Shown: piece by piece, positions 41,434 to 50,363 of the stretch | How positions within the stretch are numbered: the first letter of the stretch is position 1 | Layout: each line of letters opens with the position of its first letter | The notes under the pieces: model-generated | Database searches by the model: none | Seen by the model: the letters and a program-made list of their open reading frames with translations, nothing else | Told to the model about the DNA's origin: nothing | Source of the DNA: an uncultured Chlamydiae bacterium | GTDB taxonomy: Bacteria; Chlamydiota; Chlamydiia; Chlamydiales; Parachlamydiaceae | DNA: 64,000 nt | Reading direction: 5' to 3' | Assembly (NCBI GenBank): GCA_963754655.1 | Contig: CAVWGN010000001.1 | Span: 1,952,001-2,016,000, forward strand | Position numbers and translations under genes: made by a program

Positions 41434-42672
41434 ATGCAATTAACTTCCATTCATTCACAAATAATACAAAACATTTCAAACGAACCTTTCTTAGATACCT
41501 CACTTCCTAAGGAAATATTAGGAGTTATTTTTGAGCAGGTTATCAATCAAAGCGACTTTTTAGGTGACATTTCTTCTATTCTACTCACCTGTCAAAATTG
41601 GAAAGGCATCCTTGAAAAGAACTCTTGCATCTCGTTGGCGCAGACTCTTTTTCAACTTCAATTTAGTCATCGATCTACTATTAAGTTTCCTCAGGAGTGT
41701 ATCACAACTAAGCAAAAGCAGCATTTTACATCTCAGGAACTTAAAATGATCGACCAAGTTCATGGTAAAACAAGATTTGAAAAATTGTTAATGGTCCAGT
41801 CAGAATTATTTCACTCGAATAGTTTATTTCTTTCTCTTTTGGATCGCTATCCATGGGACCTTGAAGTTTGCAAAAAGAGCGCCAATAAAAATATTCAACT
41901 TGTGGCTAAAGATCAATTGTCTATTTTAGACTCTCTTATAGCAGGTTCTGATGACCAAAAATTAACCATTATCAAAAATGATTTTATCAAAAAATTTTAC
42001 AACGGCGGCCGAGGTCAAACATGGGATCAAGCAAAAAAATCTGTCATCTCCACATTTAAAAATCTTCCCAATTTTAATGATAAAAAAATTTTTATTAAAA
42101 TTGCGCGCTGTTTTACAGACGCCGTTTTTTATATACACGAACGCTTTAAAAAAGATCGAGAGATTGTCTTGGCTGCCGTTCAGCAAAATGGCTGGGCTCT
42201 TCAATTTGCAGATGAAAGCCTTAAGAAAGATCGAGCAATTGTCTTAGCTGCCGTTAAGCAATATAGCTGGGCTCTTCGATATGCAGATGAAACCCTTCAA
42301 AAAGATCGAGAGATTGTCTTGGCTGCCGTTAAGCAAATTGGCGATACTCTTCAATTGGCACATGAAACTCTTAAAAAAGATCGGGAGATTGTCTTGGCTG
42401 CTGTTAAGCAAAATGGTGTGGCTCTTCAATATGCAGATGAAAGCTTTAAAAAAGATCGAGAGGTTGTCTCAGCTGCCATTCAACAAGATGGCAGAGCGCT
42501 TAGATATGTAGATGAAAACCTTAAAAAAGATCGAAAGATTGTCTTGATGGCCGTTAAACAAAACCCCCTTGCTATTCAACATGCGGATTTAACTCTTCAA
42601 ATCGAACTTATAAATTCACAACACCCCTACATAACACTATCTAATCAAATTTGCAAATTTTTGCTCAGTTAA
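41434..42672 (+). CDS. F-box-like + DUF4116-like repeat protein, paralog 5 (6 repeats)
   Basis: LPKEILGVIFEQV..LLTCQNW; repeat array. Confidence 0.85.
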   Translation: MQLTSIHSQIIQNISNEPFLDTSLPKEILGVIFEQVINQSDFLGDISSILLTCQNWKGILEKNSCISLAQTLFQLQFSHRSTIKFPQECITTKQKQHFTSQELKMIDQVHGKTRFEKLLMVQSELFHSNSLFLSLLDRYPWDLEVCKKSANKNIQLVAKDQLSILDSLIAGSDDQKLTIIKNDFIKKFYNGGRGQTWDQAKKSVISTFKNLPNFNDKKIFIKIARCFTDAVFYIHERFKKDREIVLAAVQQNGWALQFADESLKKDRAIVLAAVKQYSWALRYADETLQKDREIVLAAVKQIGDTLQLAHETLKKDREIVLAAVKQNGVALQYADESFKKDREVVSAAIQQDGRALRYVDENLKKDRKIVLMAVKQNPLAIQHADLTLQIELINSQHPYITLSNQICKFLLS

Positions 42673-42867
42673 AAAAATTAGGGGTGATTGTTCAAACAAT
42701 TTTTCAAATTGTTTCCTATAATTTGGCATGATTCAATTAAAGGTTAACATGTTTATGCCGTCCTTTCAGGACTCGATGTCTTTTTGATAGAACCCAGGCC
42801 TCATCTTCTTAACTTAAAGCATAAGAGGTTTAAAGCTGTCCTCATACATACTTCTCACTAAAAAAAG

Positions 42868-44229
42868 CTACTCCTTTTCAAAACGACAGCCCTGAGCAAT
42901 AAGATTATCAATATAAGTTAAATCAAAATCTGATTGAATAAATTTGGGATCATCTAGCATATACAAATGAAAATCAATTGTGGAATTAACACCCCCTATA
43001 TGAAACTCACGTAAAGCACGTTTTCCTATTGCAATAGCTTCTGAGCGATCTTTTCCTCTAACAATGAGCTTAGCGATCATAGAGTCATAGTTGGGGGGAA
43101 TAGAATAGCCTGAATAACAAGCGCTATCTACACGCACATGTGGACCTCCTGGAGGTAAATAATATTCGAGCTTCCCTGGCGAGGGGGCAAAATTATGCAT
43201 GGGATTTTCAGCATTGATGCGAAACTGAATGACATGTCCATCAAATACAATATTTTTTTGCTTATACTTGAGCTTTTCGCCTTGCGCAATGCGTAGTTGC
43301 TCAACAACTAAATCAACACCCGTTAATTCCTCCGTCACAGTATGCTCAACCTGAATGCGAGTATTTACCTCCATGAAGTAGAAATTTTGCTTATTATCTA
43401 ACAGAAATTCGACCGTTCCCGCTGAAAAATAATTAGCAGCTTTCACCACATTCACAGCCGCCTGTCCAATTTTCTGTCGCATTTTGGGAGTGAGAACGGG
43501 ACTCGGAGATTCTTCAATGAGTTTTTGGCGGCGCCTTTGCGTCGTACAATCCCGTTCCCCTAAGTGAATATAATTGCCATGCTTATCCCCAAGCACCTGA
43601 ACTTCAATATGGCGAGGATTCATAATCATTTTTTCTAAATAGACATCTGGGTTTCCAAAGCTAACTTCAGCTTCAGCTCGTGCAGCAGCGAATTGCTTAG
43701 TAAATTCCTCTTCGTTGTATGCAATGCGAATTCCCTTCCCGCCTCCGCCTGCTACAGCCTTGATAAAGATAGGAAAATCCAATTTCTTAGCATCATAAAG
43801 CGCCTGCTTAAGATCTATTACAACACCATTAGATCCAGGAATAACCGGACAGCCTGCCGCTTTGGCCGTTGCTTTTGCTTTTGCTTTATCTCCTAATAAG
43901 GCAATGGCTTGGGGCGAAGGGCCAATAAAATTAAGACCGCAGCTCTCACAAATCGAGGCAAAATTGGCGTTTTCGCTTAAAAAACCATAGCCAGGGTGAA
44001 GGGCATCTGCACCGGTAATCTCACAGGCAGAAAGAATATTGGGGATCTTAAGATAAGATTTATGCGAAGGCGCTTCGCCAATACAAATGGCTTCGTCCGC
44101 ATGTAAAACATGAAGGGCTTCAGCATCTGCTTGAGAATAAACAGCAACAGTTTGAAGACCTAAATCATGACAGGCACGAATAATGCGAACCGCAATTTCG
44201 CCTCGATTAGCAATGAGAACTTTTTGCAT
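42868..44229 (-). CDS. accC: Acetyl-CoA carboxylase biotin carboxylase
   Basis: VLIANRGEIAVR, HPGYGFLSEN, GGGGKGIR, EVNTRIQVEH. Confidence 0.97.
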   Translation of the reverse strand: MQKVLIANRGEIAVRIIRACHDLGLQTVAVYSQADAEALHVLHADEAICIGEAPSHKSYLKIPNILSACEITGADALHPGYGFLSENANFASICESCGLNFIGPSPQAIALLGDKAKAKATAKAAGCPVIPGSNGVVIDLKQALYDAKKLDFPIFIKAVAGGGGKGIRIAYNEEEFTKQFAAARAEAEVSFGNPDVYLEKMIMNPRHIEVQVLGDKHGNYIHLGERDCTTQRRRQKLIEESPSPVLTPKMRQKIGQAAVNVVKAANYFSAGTVEFLLDNKQNFYFMEVNTRIQVEHTVTEELTGVDLVVEQLRIAQGEKLKYKQKNIVFDGHVIQFRINAENPMHNFAPSPGKLEYYLPPGGPHVRVDSACYSGYSIPPNYDSMIAKLIVRGKDRSEAIAIGKRALREFHIGGVNSTIDFHLYMLDDPKFIQSDFDLTYIDNLIAQGCRFEKE

Positions 44230-44251
44230 AAGTCGGGATGTGTCCTAAAAT

Positions 44252-44785
44252 TTATTCGATGATTCGGAAGAGTTTGGTACCAAATTCCACAGGTTGGCCT
44301 GTTTCAGCAAGCACCTCCGCAACAGTTCCTGTTACATTAGCTTTAATTTCATTCATAACTTTCATGGCTTCAATGATGCAGACAACAGTATTCTTATCGA
44401 CCTTATCTCCTACCTTGACAAAAGGGGGATCTTCAGGCGAAGAAGCAATATAAAATGTCCCTACCATAGGTGAATTGACATACACACTGTTGACATCTTC
44501 TTGAGTAGGTAGTTCTGTTGCAATAGGCGAAGTCATGGGTCTCGCAGGCATTTCTGATCCACGAGATAGGGCTTGATCAGTTCGTCTCCAGGCCGGGGGT
44601 TGCTTAAAAGTTTCATCTGCAAATTCGAGCGATGTTTCTACAAATCGTCCGCCTGCATGTTCTTCTCGTTCAAGAACAAGTTCAAAATTTTCTTTCTTTA
44701 ATGTGATACGCTTGATACCAGTACGGCCCATAGCTGCCATGAGCTCTTTAATTTGTTTTAATTCCACTTCAATTTCCTTTGTCAT
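44252..44785 (-). CDS. accB: Biotin carboxyl carrier protein
   Basis: SPMVGTFY, EAMKVMNEI. Confidence 0.96.
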   Translation of the reverse strand: MTKEIEVELKQIKELMAAMGRTGIKRITLKKENFELVLEREEHAGGRFVETSLEFADETFKQPPAWRRTDQALSRGSEMPARPMTSPIATELPTQEDVNSVYVNSPMVGTFYIASSPEDPPFVKVGDKVDKNTVVCIIEAMKVMNEIKANVTGTVAEVLAETGQPVEFGTKLFRIIE

Positions 44786-44833
44786 TTATCATTAAAGTTT
44801 GATCACAAATTTATGCTAAACCTAAAATTCAGG

Positions 44834-45667
44834 TTAAAAGACACGCCTTCCCCATTGAGTAAGAAAAAGTGTTTCTTCAAATGTCGATTCTCTTTCCAAA
44901 ATAGCATTACGGTAGGGAAAACGGCCAAAACGAGCTATCTGTTGTTGATGCAAAATAGCAGATTGAAGGAAGTCCTGCATCTGAGGTCGAATTGCCTCAG
45001 GAGACTGTACGACCAATTGCCGGTAAGAAGCGACTGAAAGATCTTGAGTGGCAAAATCTTCAGAATGCTCGAGCGGCAAATAAAAAAAAGCTCTTTCGAT
45101 TGGAAAGAGTGGCTTGTCCTCCCCCTTTTGCAATCCCTCTAATACCAAAGCTTTTGCCATGCGGTCTAACGCAAATGCGCGAGGTTGATTGCGGTAAATA
45201 TGACGAGGAAATTGATCAAGCAATAAAATAAGGGCTAATAGCCCTCTGGGCGTCTCACGCCAACTATTATATTCTCCTCGACTCGCATTGATCATATCGC
45301 TTAAAAAATGATTGCGAATTTGACGATCAATCTCTGGTGTACTGGCAAACCACACTTGTAATTTCTCTTCGGGAAAAAAATCGGGACCTGGTAAAAAACC
45401 AAACCAAAAATTTAAAATATCTTCAATACGATCTTCTCCCAAAGGAACATTAGGCATCATGGGTAAGGGCTGAGCCCCTAAGGCAGGTGGCCCAGGAAGA
45501 GGTGACGGCAAAGCAGCTGTTTTAGCCGATGCTTGAGAGGTAGGGAAAGGGGCGTTTGGATAGACTTGAGCCTGTAAAAATAAAGGGATGGTTTGTAAAC
45601 AGATTCCTAAAACTTGACTTATTTTTGAATAGGCTTTCATGAACACTCCTAATTGCCCTCCTTTCAA
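44834..45667 (-). CDS. DUF924 family protein with N-terminal signal/Pro-rich extension
   Basis: ILNFWF, ILLLDQFPR, FFYLPLEHSE, FGRFPYRN. Confidence 0.88.
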   Translation of the reverse strand: MKGGQLGVFMKAYSKISQVLGICLQTIPLFLQAQVYPNAPFPTSQASAKTAALPSPLPGPPALGAQPLPMMPNVPLGEDRIEDILNFWFGFLPGPDFFPEEKLQVWFASTPEIDRQIRNHFLSDMINASRGEYNSWRETPRGLLALILLLDQFPRHIYRNQPRAFALDRMAKALVLEGLQKGEDKPLFPIERAFFYLPLEHSEDFATQDLSVASYRQLVVQSPEAIRPQMQDFLQSAILHQQQIARFGRFPYRNAILERESTFEETLFLTQWGRRVF

Positions 45668-45702
45668 TGAATTTGATGGAAAGGAGGATAGTGAAACACC
45701 TC

Positions 45703-46257
45703 TTAGACACGCTGAATATATTCTTCAGTTTTGGTATCTACCTTGATAATATCACCTGTCTCAATAAATGGGGGAACCTCAATTTTAGCGCCTGTTTCTA
45801 AAATGGCCATTTTTGTTCCGGCTGATGCGCTTCCCTCTTCCTCTGTTTGAGTTTTAGCCACCATTAACTCCAAGAATTGAGGAAGTTCCACAGCAAAAAT
45901 TGTATCGCCATAGAAAAAAGCTTTAAGCTCTACCCCTTCTTTTAAAAAATTGACTTTGTCTCCCACAATTTGCGATGGAACAAGCACTTGCTCAAGATTA
46001 ACAACATCTAGAAATAAGAATTCCTCCCCTTCTGGATAGAGAAATTCTAATCGACGTTCGATTAATGAAACATCTTTAATAGGTTGATTGAGCTTAAAAT
46101 TCTTTTCAACTGTTTCACTTGTTCCGAGATCTTTGAGTTTTGTTTTAATAAAGGGAGTGCCCTTGGGAACAGTCACTTTGACGCTAGATTCCACTCGGTA
46201 GAGTTTATTATTGATAGAAATTGTCATTCCGGGAGTTAGTTGATTACTTGTCGCCAT
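45703..46257 (-). CDS. efp: Elongation factor P family protein
   Basis: VPKGTPFIK, LETGAKIEVPPFIETGD, EYIQRV. Confidence 0.9.
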   Translation of the reverse strand: MATSNQLTPGMTISINNKLYRVESSVKVTVPKGTPFIKTKLKDLGTSETVEKNFKLNQPIKDVSLIERRLEFLYPEGEEFLFLDVVNLEQVLVPSQIVGDKVNFLKEGVELKAFFYGDTIFAVELPQFLELMVAKTQTEEEGSASAGTKMAILETGAKIEVPPFIETGDIIKVDTKTEEYIQRV

Positions 46258-46295
46258 AATTCCTTTAACTTTTACTAATGAAATAATTTAACGAT

Positions 46296-47024
46296 TTAAA
46301 CTTGCTCGGCTGCCATACGCATGTTTCTAATTGCCATCTTCATATCTGAAGCATGATAAAGACTTGTTCCTGCAACGAGGACATTTGCTCCTGCATCTAC
46401 GCAGAGTTTGACATTTTCTTGATTAATTCCCCCATCCACTTGTATATCAAAAGGAGGAAGCTGATGCTCGGCAGATTTTTCATTTTTAGAGGTCACTCCT
46501 CCCGCACGGATGTTCAATTGGTTGCATAAATCACGCGTAAATTTGACTTTATCTAAAACATCTTCAATAAACGATTGCCCGCCAAACCCCGGATGGACTG
46601 TCATTAAAAGAATCCTGTCACATTTATCTAAATAACGAGGAATCATAGAGATAGAAGTTTCTGGATTAAAAGCAAGCCCAGCGCAAATATTGCATCTGCG
46701 AATATAATTTAATGTTTCTTCTACCTCTTCGGTAGCTTCTAAATGGAAAGTGATATTATCTGCTCCAGCTTCGACAAAGCGCTCAATGTAATCGAATGGA
46801 TTATAAATCATGAAATGGACATCTAGAAAAAGGTCAGTTGCACGATTAATCGCTGCCACAGCCTGTGGACCCATGCTCAAATTAGGAACAAAATGACCAT
46901 CCATAATATCGATATGGAGGGACTCAGCTCCAGCATCTTGAGCACGCTTAGCCTCATCAGCTAAATAGCCAAAATCACCAGCTAAAATCGAAGGAACAAT
47001 TTTAATAGGTAGTCGTTCTTTCAT
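46296..47024 (-). CDS. rpe: Ribulose-phosphate 3-epimerase
   Basis: HIDIMDGHFVPN, MTVHPGFGGQ, QVDGGI. Confidence 0.95.
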   Translation of the reverse strand: MKERLPIKIVPSILAGDFGYLADEAKRAQDAGAESLHIDIMDGHFVPNLSMGPQAVAAINRATDLFLDVHFMIYNPFDYIERFVEAGADNITFHLEATEEVEETLNYIRRCNICAGLAFNPETSISMIPRYLDKCDRILLMTVHPGFGGQSFIEDVLDKVKFTRDLCNQLNIRAGGVTSKNEKSAEHQLPPFDIQVDGGINQENVKLCVDAGANVLVAGTSLYHASDMKMAIRNMRMAAEQV

Positions 47025-47104
47025 GAATGTCCATTTTACGTCAATTTCTCTTTATTCATACCTTGAAATTCAACCAAAGTCAAGCAGGGTGAGTGGGAGG
47101 ATGA

Positions 47105-47590
47105 CTAACCTCCTTGTACAATATTTGTGCCTAAAGCAATAGGAACAATCACACGAGGCGTTTGATTCCATACAATCCATAATTCTCCAAAAGGATTAAG
47201 ACGACCCATCGTTCTCAATCCAATGCCTAAGATTGTGATTTGCAGCGTCATATAAAGAGCAACTTTGATCATCCAGGGTTTTAGTTGCTGAGCAATTGGA
47301 ATAACGCGTGAGACAACATTGACTAATTCTTCTGGATAAAATAAAATTGTCACCCCAATAATAGCAGTCAAGGTAACCGAAAGGATCATTAAAGGATTGC
47401 GAATATTTCGCATGGCATAATCCGTGATTTTCATCAGTGGATAAGCCAAGAAATCGCCCAAATGCTCCATCCGTGTTTTGGCATATATCACTCTTTCATT
47501 GTTATCGACATCCCAAAATTCTCGAGCTCCTGCAAATTGCCAATATTCGGAAAAAGAGTTAAATCCTATAGGTGTAAAAGAAATCATCAT
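47105..47590 (-). CDS. Hypothetical membrane protein (paralog of neighbour)
   Basis: Two TM segments; LFYP and LRTMGR motifs shared with 47614-48150. Confidence 0.7.
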   Translation of the reverse strand: MMISFTPIGFNSFSEYWQFAGAREFWDVDNNERVIYAKTRMEHLGDFLAYPLMKITDYAMRNIRNPLMILSVTLTAIIGVTILFYPEELVNVVSRVIPIAQQLKPWMIKVALYMTLQITILGIGLRTMGRLNPFGELWIVWNQTPRVIVPIALGTNIVQGG

Positions 47591-47613
47591 TCGCTCTCTA
47601 AAATAAAAAAGGA

Positions 47614-48150
47614 TTAGACACCAGGATTAATCACATTCTTCTCATCAATTGGATCGTCATACTCATCTTGGAATGCAACTTTAACCGGCCTTGCTACGTT
47701 GACAGGAATTGCTACAAGAGGTGCTCCTCCTCTATACCAAGAATCCATTAAATCATTATTACGAAAACGGCCATAAGCACGCAACGCAGCAGAGACAATA
47801 TGGGCGACAATTGTGAGATAAGCTGCAAATTTTAATGTTTCTTGAGAAGGGAGAGGAAGTTTTGAGATGATTGCTTTTGCATAAAAAATAGATTCCTTAG
47901 GATAGAAAAGATAAGTTGTTCCTGCAAGAGCGATTTTCGTCAGCACCAGGGTAATCCAACGAGGTTCTTTCATCAAACGCCACGCTTTTTTAGGAAAATT
48001 TTCAATCATCCAAAGTCCTAAATCCCCTACTTTTTCTACCCAATTTTTATCATATCCAAAGCGAGGAATATGAGGAGCTAAACCAAATTTAGCATGTTGA
48101 TAAAAGTGATAAAATAAGCCATCAGGCGCATGATAATTTAGTCCTATCAT
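47614..48150 (-). CDS. Hypothetical membrane protein (paralog of neighbour)
   Basis: LFYP and LRAYGR motifs. Confidence 0.7.
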   Translation of the reverse strand: MIGLNYHAPDGLFYHFYQHAKFGLAPHIPRFGYDKNWVEKVGDLGLWMIENFPKKAWRLMKEPRWITLVLTKIALAGTTYLFYPKESIFYAKAIISKLPLPSQETLKFAAYLTIVAHIVSAALRAYGRFRNNDLMDSWYRGGAPLVAIPVNVARPVKVAFQDEYDDPIDEKNVINPGV

Positions 48151-48426
48151 AATCTAATTCCTTAAAATAAGTTTGACAAAATATATAATAAATCATAGAC
48201 TATGATCCAAATAATTAAAATAGTCAATGTAAATGTCTCATTTAGCCATAGCGCCATTCATTCCCTATCTTGCTTCCATGATTCGTATTGTGCGCTAAGC
48301 GCACATTTTATCTTTCTCCTTTTACACTTATCCTCATTCAACAACCCAGTCGGAAAAATCGCTGGATCACACTCTACAAAAGAGAAACTTTAATTTTAAT
48401 TTAACTTCTATTTATGAGATGAAATT

Positions 48427-49599
48427 ATGTCTTCCTCATCACGTGTTTTTTCAACTGGCCTTGCCATGTTTTCAATGTTTTTTGGAGCAGGCAATGTCGT
48501 TTTTCCATTAGTTGTGGGACAAACAGCAGGCGACCAAACGCCTTTTGCTCTAATGGGATTATTGCTTACTGCAGTGGGTGTTCCCTTCTTAGGCCTTATC
48601 GCGATTCTGTTATTTCATGGAGATTACCAACAGTTTTTTGCACGCTCAGGGAAAGTGCCAGGCTTTCTGTTAGCTGCGGCCATCATGTTACTGATCGGCC
48701 CATTTGGTGGTCTGCCGCGCTGCGTTGCTCTTTCTTATTCAACCTTAAAGCTTTCTTGGCCATTTTTACCTTTTAACCTTTTTAGCTTCTTGTCTTGCTT
48801 GGTCATTTTCTTTTGTGCTTACAAGAAGACTCGTATGTTAAGCTTATTAGGTTATATCCTAACTCCCCTCCTCCTTTTTAGCTTGGCTGTCATTGTGATT
48901 GTAGGGCTATGGACGGGTGAAACCAGCCCTTCTTCTTCTTTAACAGCTACACAATCGTTTTGGCATGGCTTTATGGAAGGCTATAATACAATGGACCTTC
49001 TAGCTTCATTTTTCTTTTCGGCTATCATTTATAACACTCTCAAGCAGGAATCAAAAGCTTCTAACCCCAAAGAAGAACGCGATCTTCTTTTTCTTTCTTT
49101 AAAGGCGAGTGGCATTGGAGGATTTCTTTTAGCTTTAGTTTATGTGGGATTTAGCTTGGCCACTGCTTGGCATGCTTCCAGCTTATCTATCACCAATCAA
49201 GGGGAAATTTTAGGCGCTCTGACATTAAAAATTTTGGGTCCTTATGCTGGTCTAGTCGCCTCTGTAACAATTGCACTTGCTTGCTTGACAACAGCAATTG
49301 CCCTTGCGGCTGTGTTTGCAGAATTTCTACAGAAGGTTTTATCTCGCAACCAGCTATCCTATTTTCAAGCTCTGGCCATTACATTGATTGCAGGTTTCTT
49401 GGTTTCTTTGCTGGAATTTACAGGAATTGTCACTCTTTTGGCGCCTTTATTGCAAGTCGCTTACCCTGCACTAATTGTGTTTACGATATTCAATATCGTT
49501 TCGCGTCTAAGAGCCATGAGGGCCGCCTTGCAAATATCTAGTTCAGATTTAACTGAAGAATCGAGGATGAATACAACAGTAGGAGTAAGTCAAGCTTAA
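48427..49599 (+). CDS. brnQ: Branched-chain amino acid transporter (LIVCS)
   Basis: MFSMFFGAGNVVFP, GYNTMDLLA, ACLTTAI. Confidence 0.92.
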   Translation: MSSSSRVFSTGLAMFSMFFGAGNVVFPLVVGQTAGDQTPFALMGLLLTAVGVPFLGLIAILLFHGDYQQFFARSGKVPGFLLAAAIMLLIGPFGGLPRCVALSYSTLKLSWPFLPFNLFSFLSCLVIFFCAYKKTRMLSLLGYILTPLLLFSLAVIVIVGLWTGETSPSSSLTATQSFWHGFMEGYNTMDLLASFFFSAIIYNTLKQESKASNPKEERDLLFLSLKASGIGGFLLALVYVGFSLATAWHASSLSITNQGEILGALTLKILGPYAGLVASVTIALACLTTAIALAAVFAEFLQKVLSRNQLSYFQALAITLIAGFLVSLLEFTGIVTLLAPLLQVAYPALIVFTIFNIVSRLRAMRAALQISSSDLTEESRMNTTVGVSQA

Positions 49600-49672
49600 G
49601 CTCTCACCTTACGCAAGCGAGGTTAAAGAATCTGTGATGTCCTTAAATAACCAAATAGCTTGATTGTTTAAT

Positions 49673-49817
49673 AGCCCTTCAGGCTCTGAACATTGGACAT
49701 TTTTGAAAGACTTCCTTCTATAACGATTGTAGGGCTATACCTATTAAATGGTACATGCTCCACAATCATTTTAAGGACGATTAAAAAAAATAGTCCATTT
49801 TCAGAGCCTAAAAGGCT
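49673..49817. repeat. Element 'H': ~25-bp imperfect inverted repeats
   Basis: AGCCCTTCAGGCTCTGAACATTGGAC ... GTCCATTTTCAGAGCCTAAAAGGCT; AGCCCTTCAGGCT also at 28114. Confidence 0.6.
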
Positions 49818-49860
49818 TCAAATAAAAAATAAACAAGGGCATCGACCCATACGCATCAAG

Positions 49861-50362
49861 CTAAGAGATGAGCTTAAGTTAAGCAACGCTTTCAGTCGCC
49901 CGCCGCTTCGCTCTGGGCTCTGTGCGGGGTTGAAGGACCCACCGTTCGGTCGCCCTCCGGGCTCGGTCACGGTGGGCTAGTAACAGTCGTCCTCCGGACT
50001 CTAGCGGCAATGTAGAGGCCATGGGAATGCTAGTCAAGGCGTTTTAATAATGCCGCGAGAGTCCGGAAGACGACTGATCCTAGCCCACCGTGACCGAGCC
50101 CGGAGGGCGACCGAACGGTGGGTCCTCATCCCCTCACCTAGTACTCAACCACATTAGTTTTGTGTATTTAGACTGCTTCAAAGCCCCGGGGTTGAATTGG
50201 CGTAAGTGGGTCCATATTGCTAATATTGACCCACTTACGCCAATTCAACCGCGGGAGCTTTCAAGCAATCTAAATACACAAAACTAATGTGGTTGAGTAC
50301 TAGAGCCCAGAGCGAAGCGGCGGGCGACTGAAAGCGTCGCTTAACTTAAGCTCATCTCTTAG
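49861..50362. mobile_element. Nested palindromic element D[E + C]
   Basis: Outer D arms CTAAGAGATGAGC..GCTCATCTCTTAG; inner E hairpin 49934-50126; C element 50138-50303 inserted at CTAG. Confidence 0.9.
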
Positions 50363-50363
50363 T

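Noticed and set aside
32151..42672. Diversity-generating retroelement (fragment 39637-39722 as template)
   Set aside because: No reverse transcriptase in the window; differences are not confined to adenines
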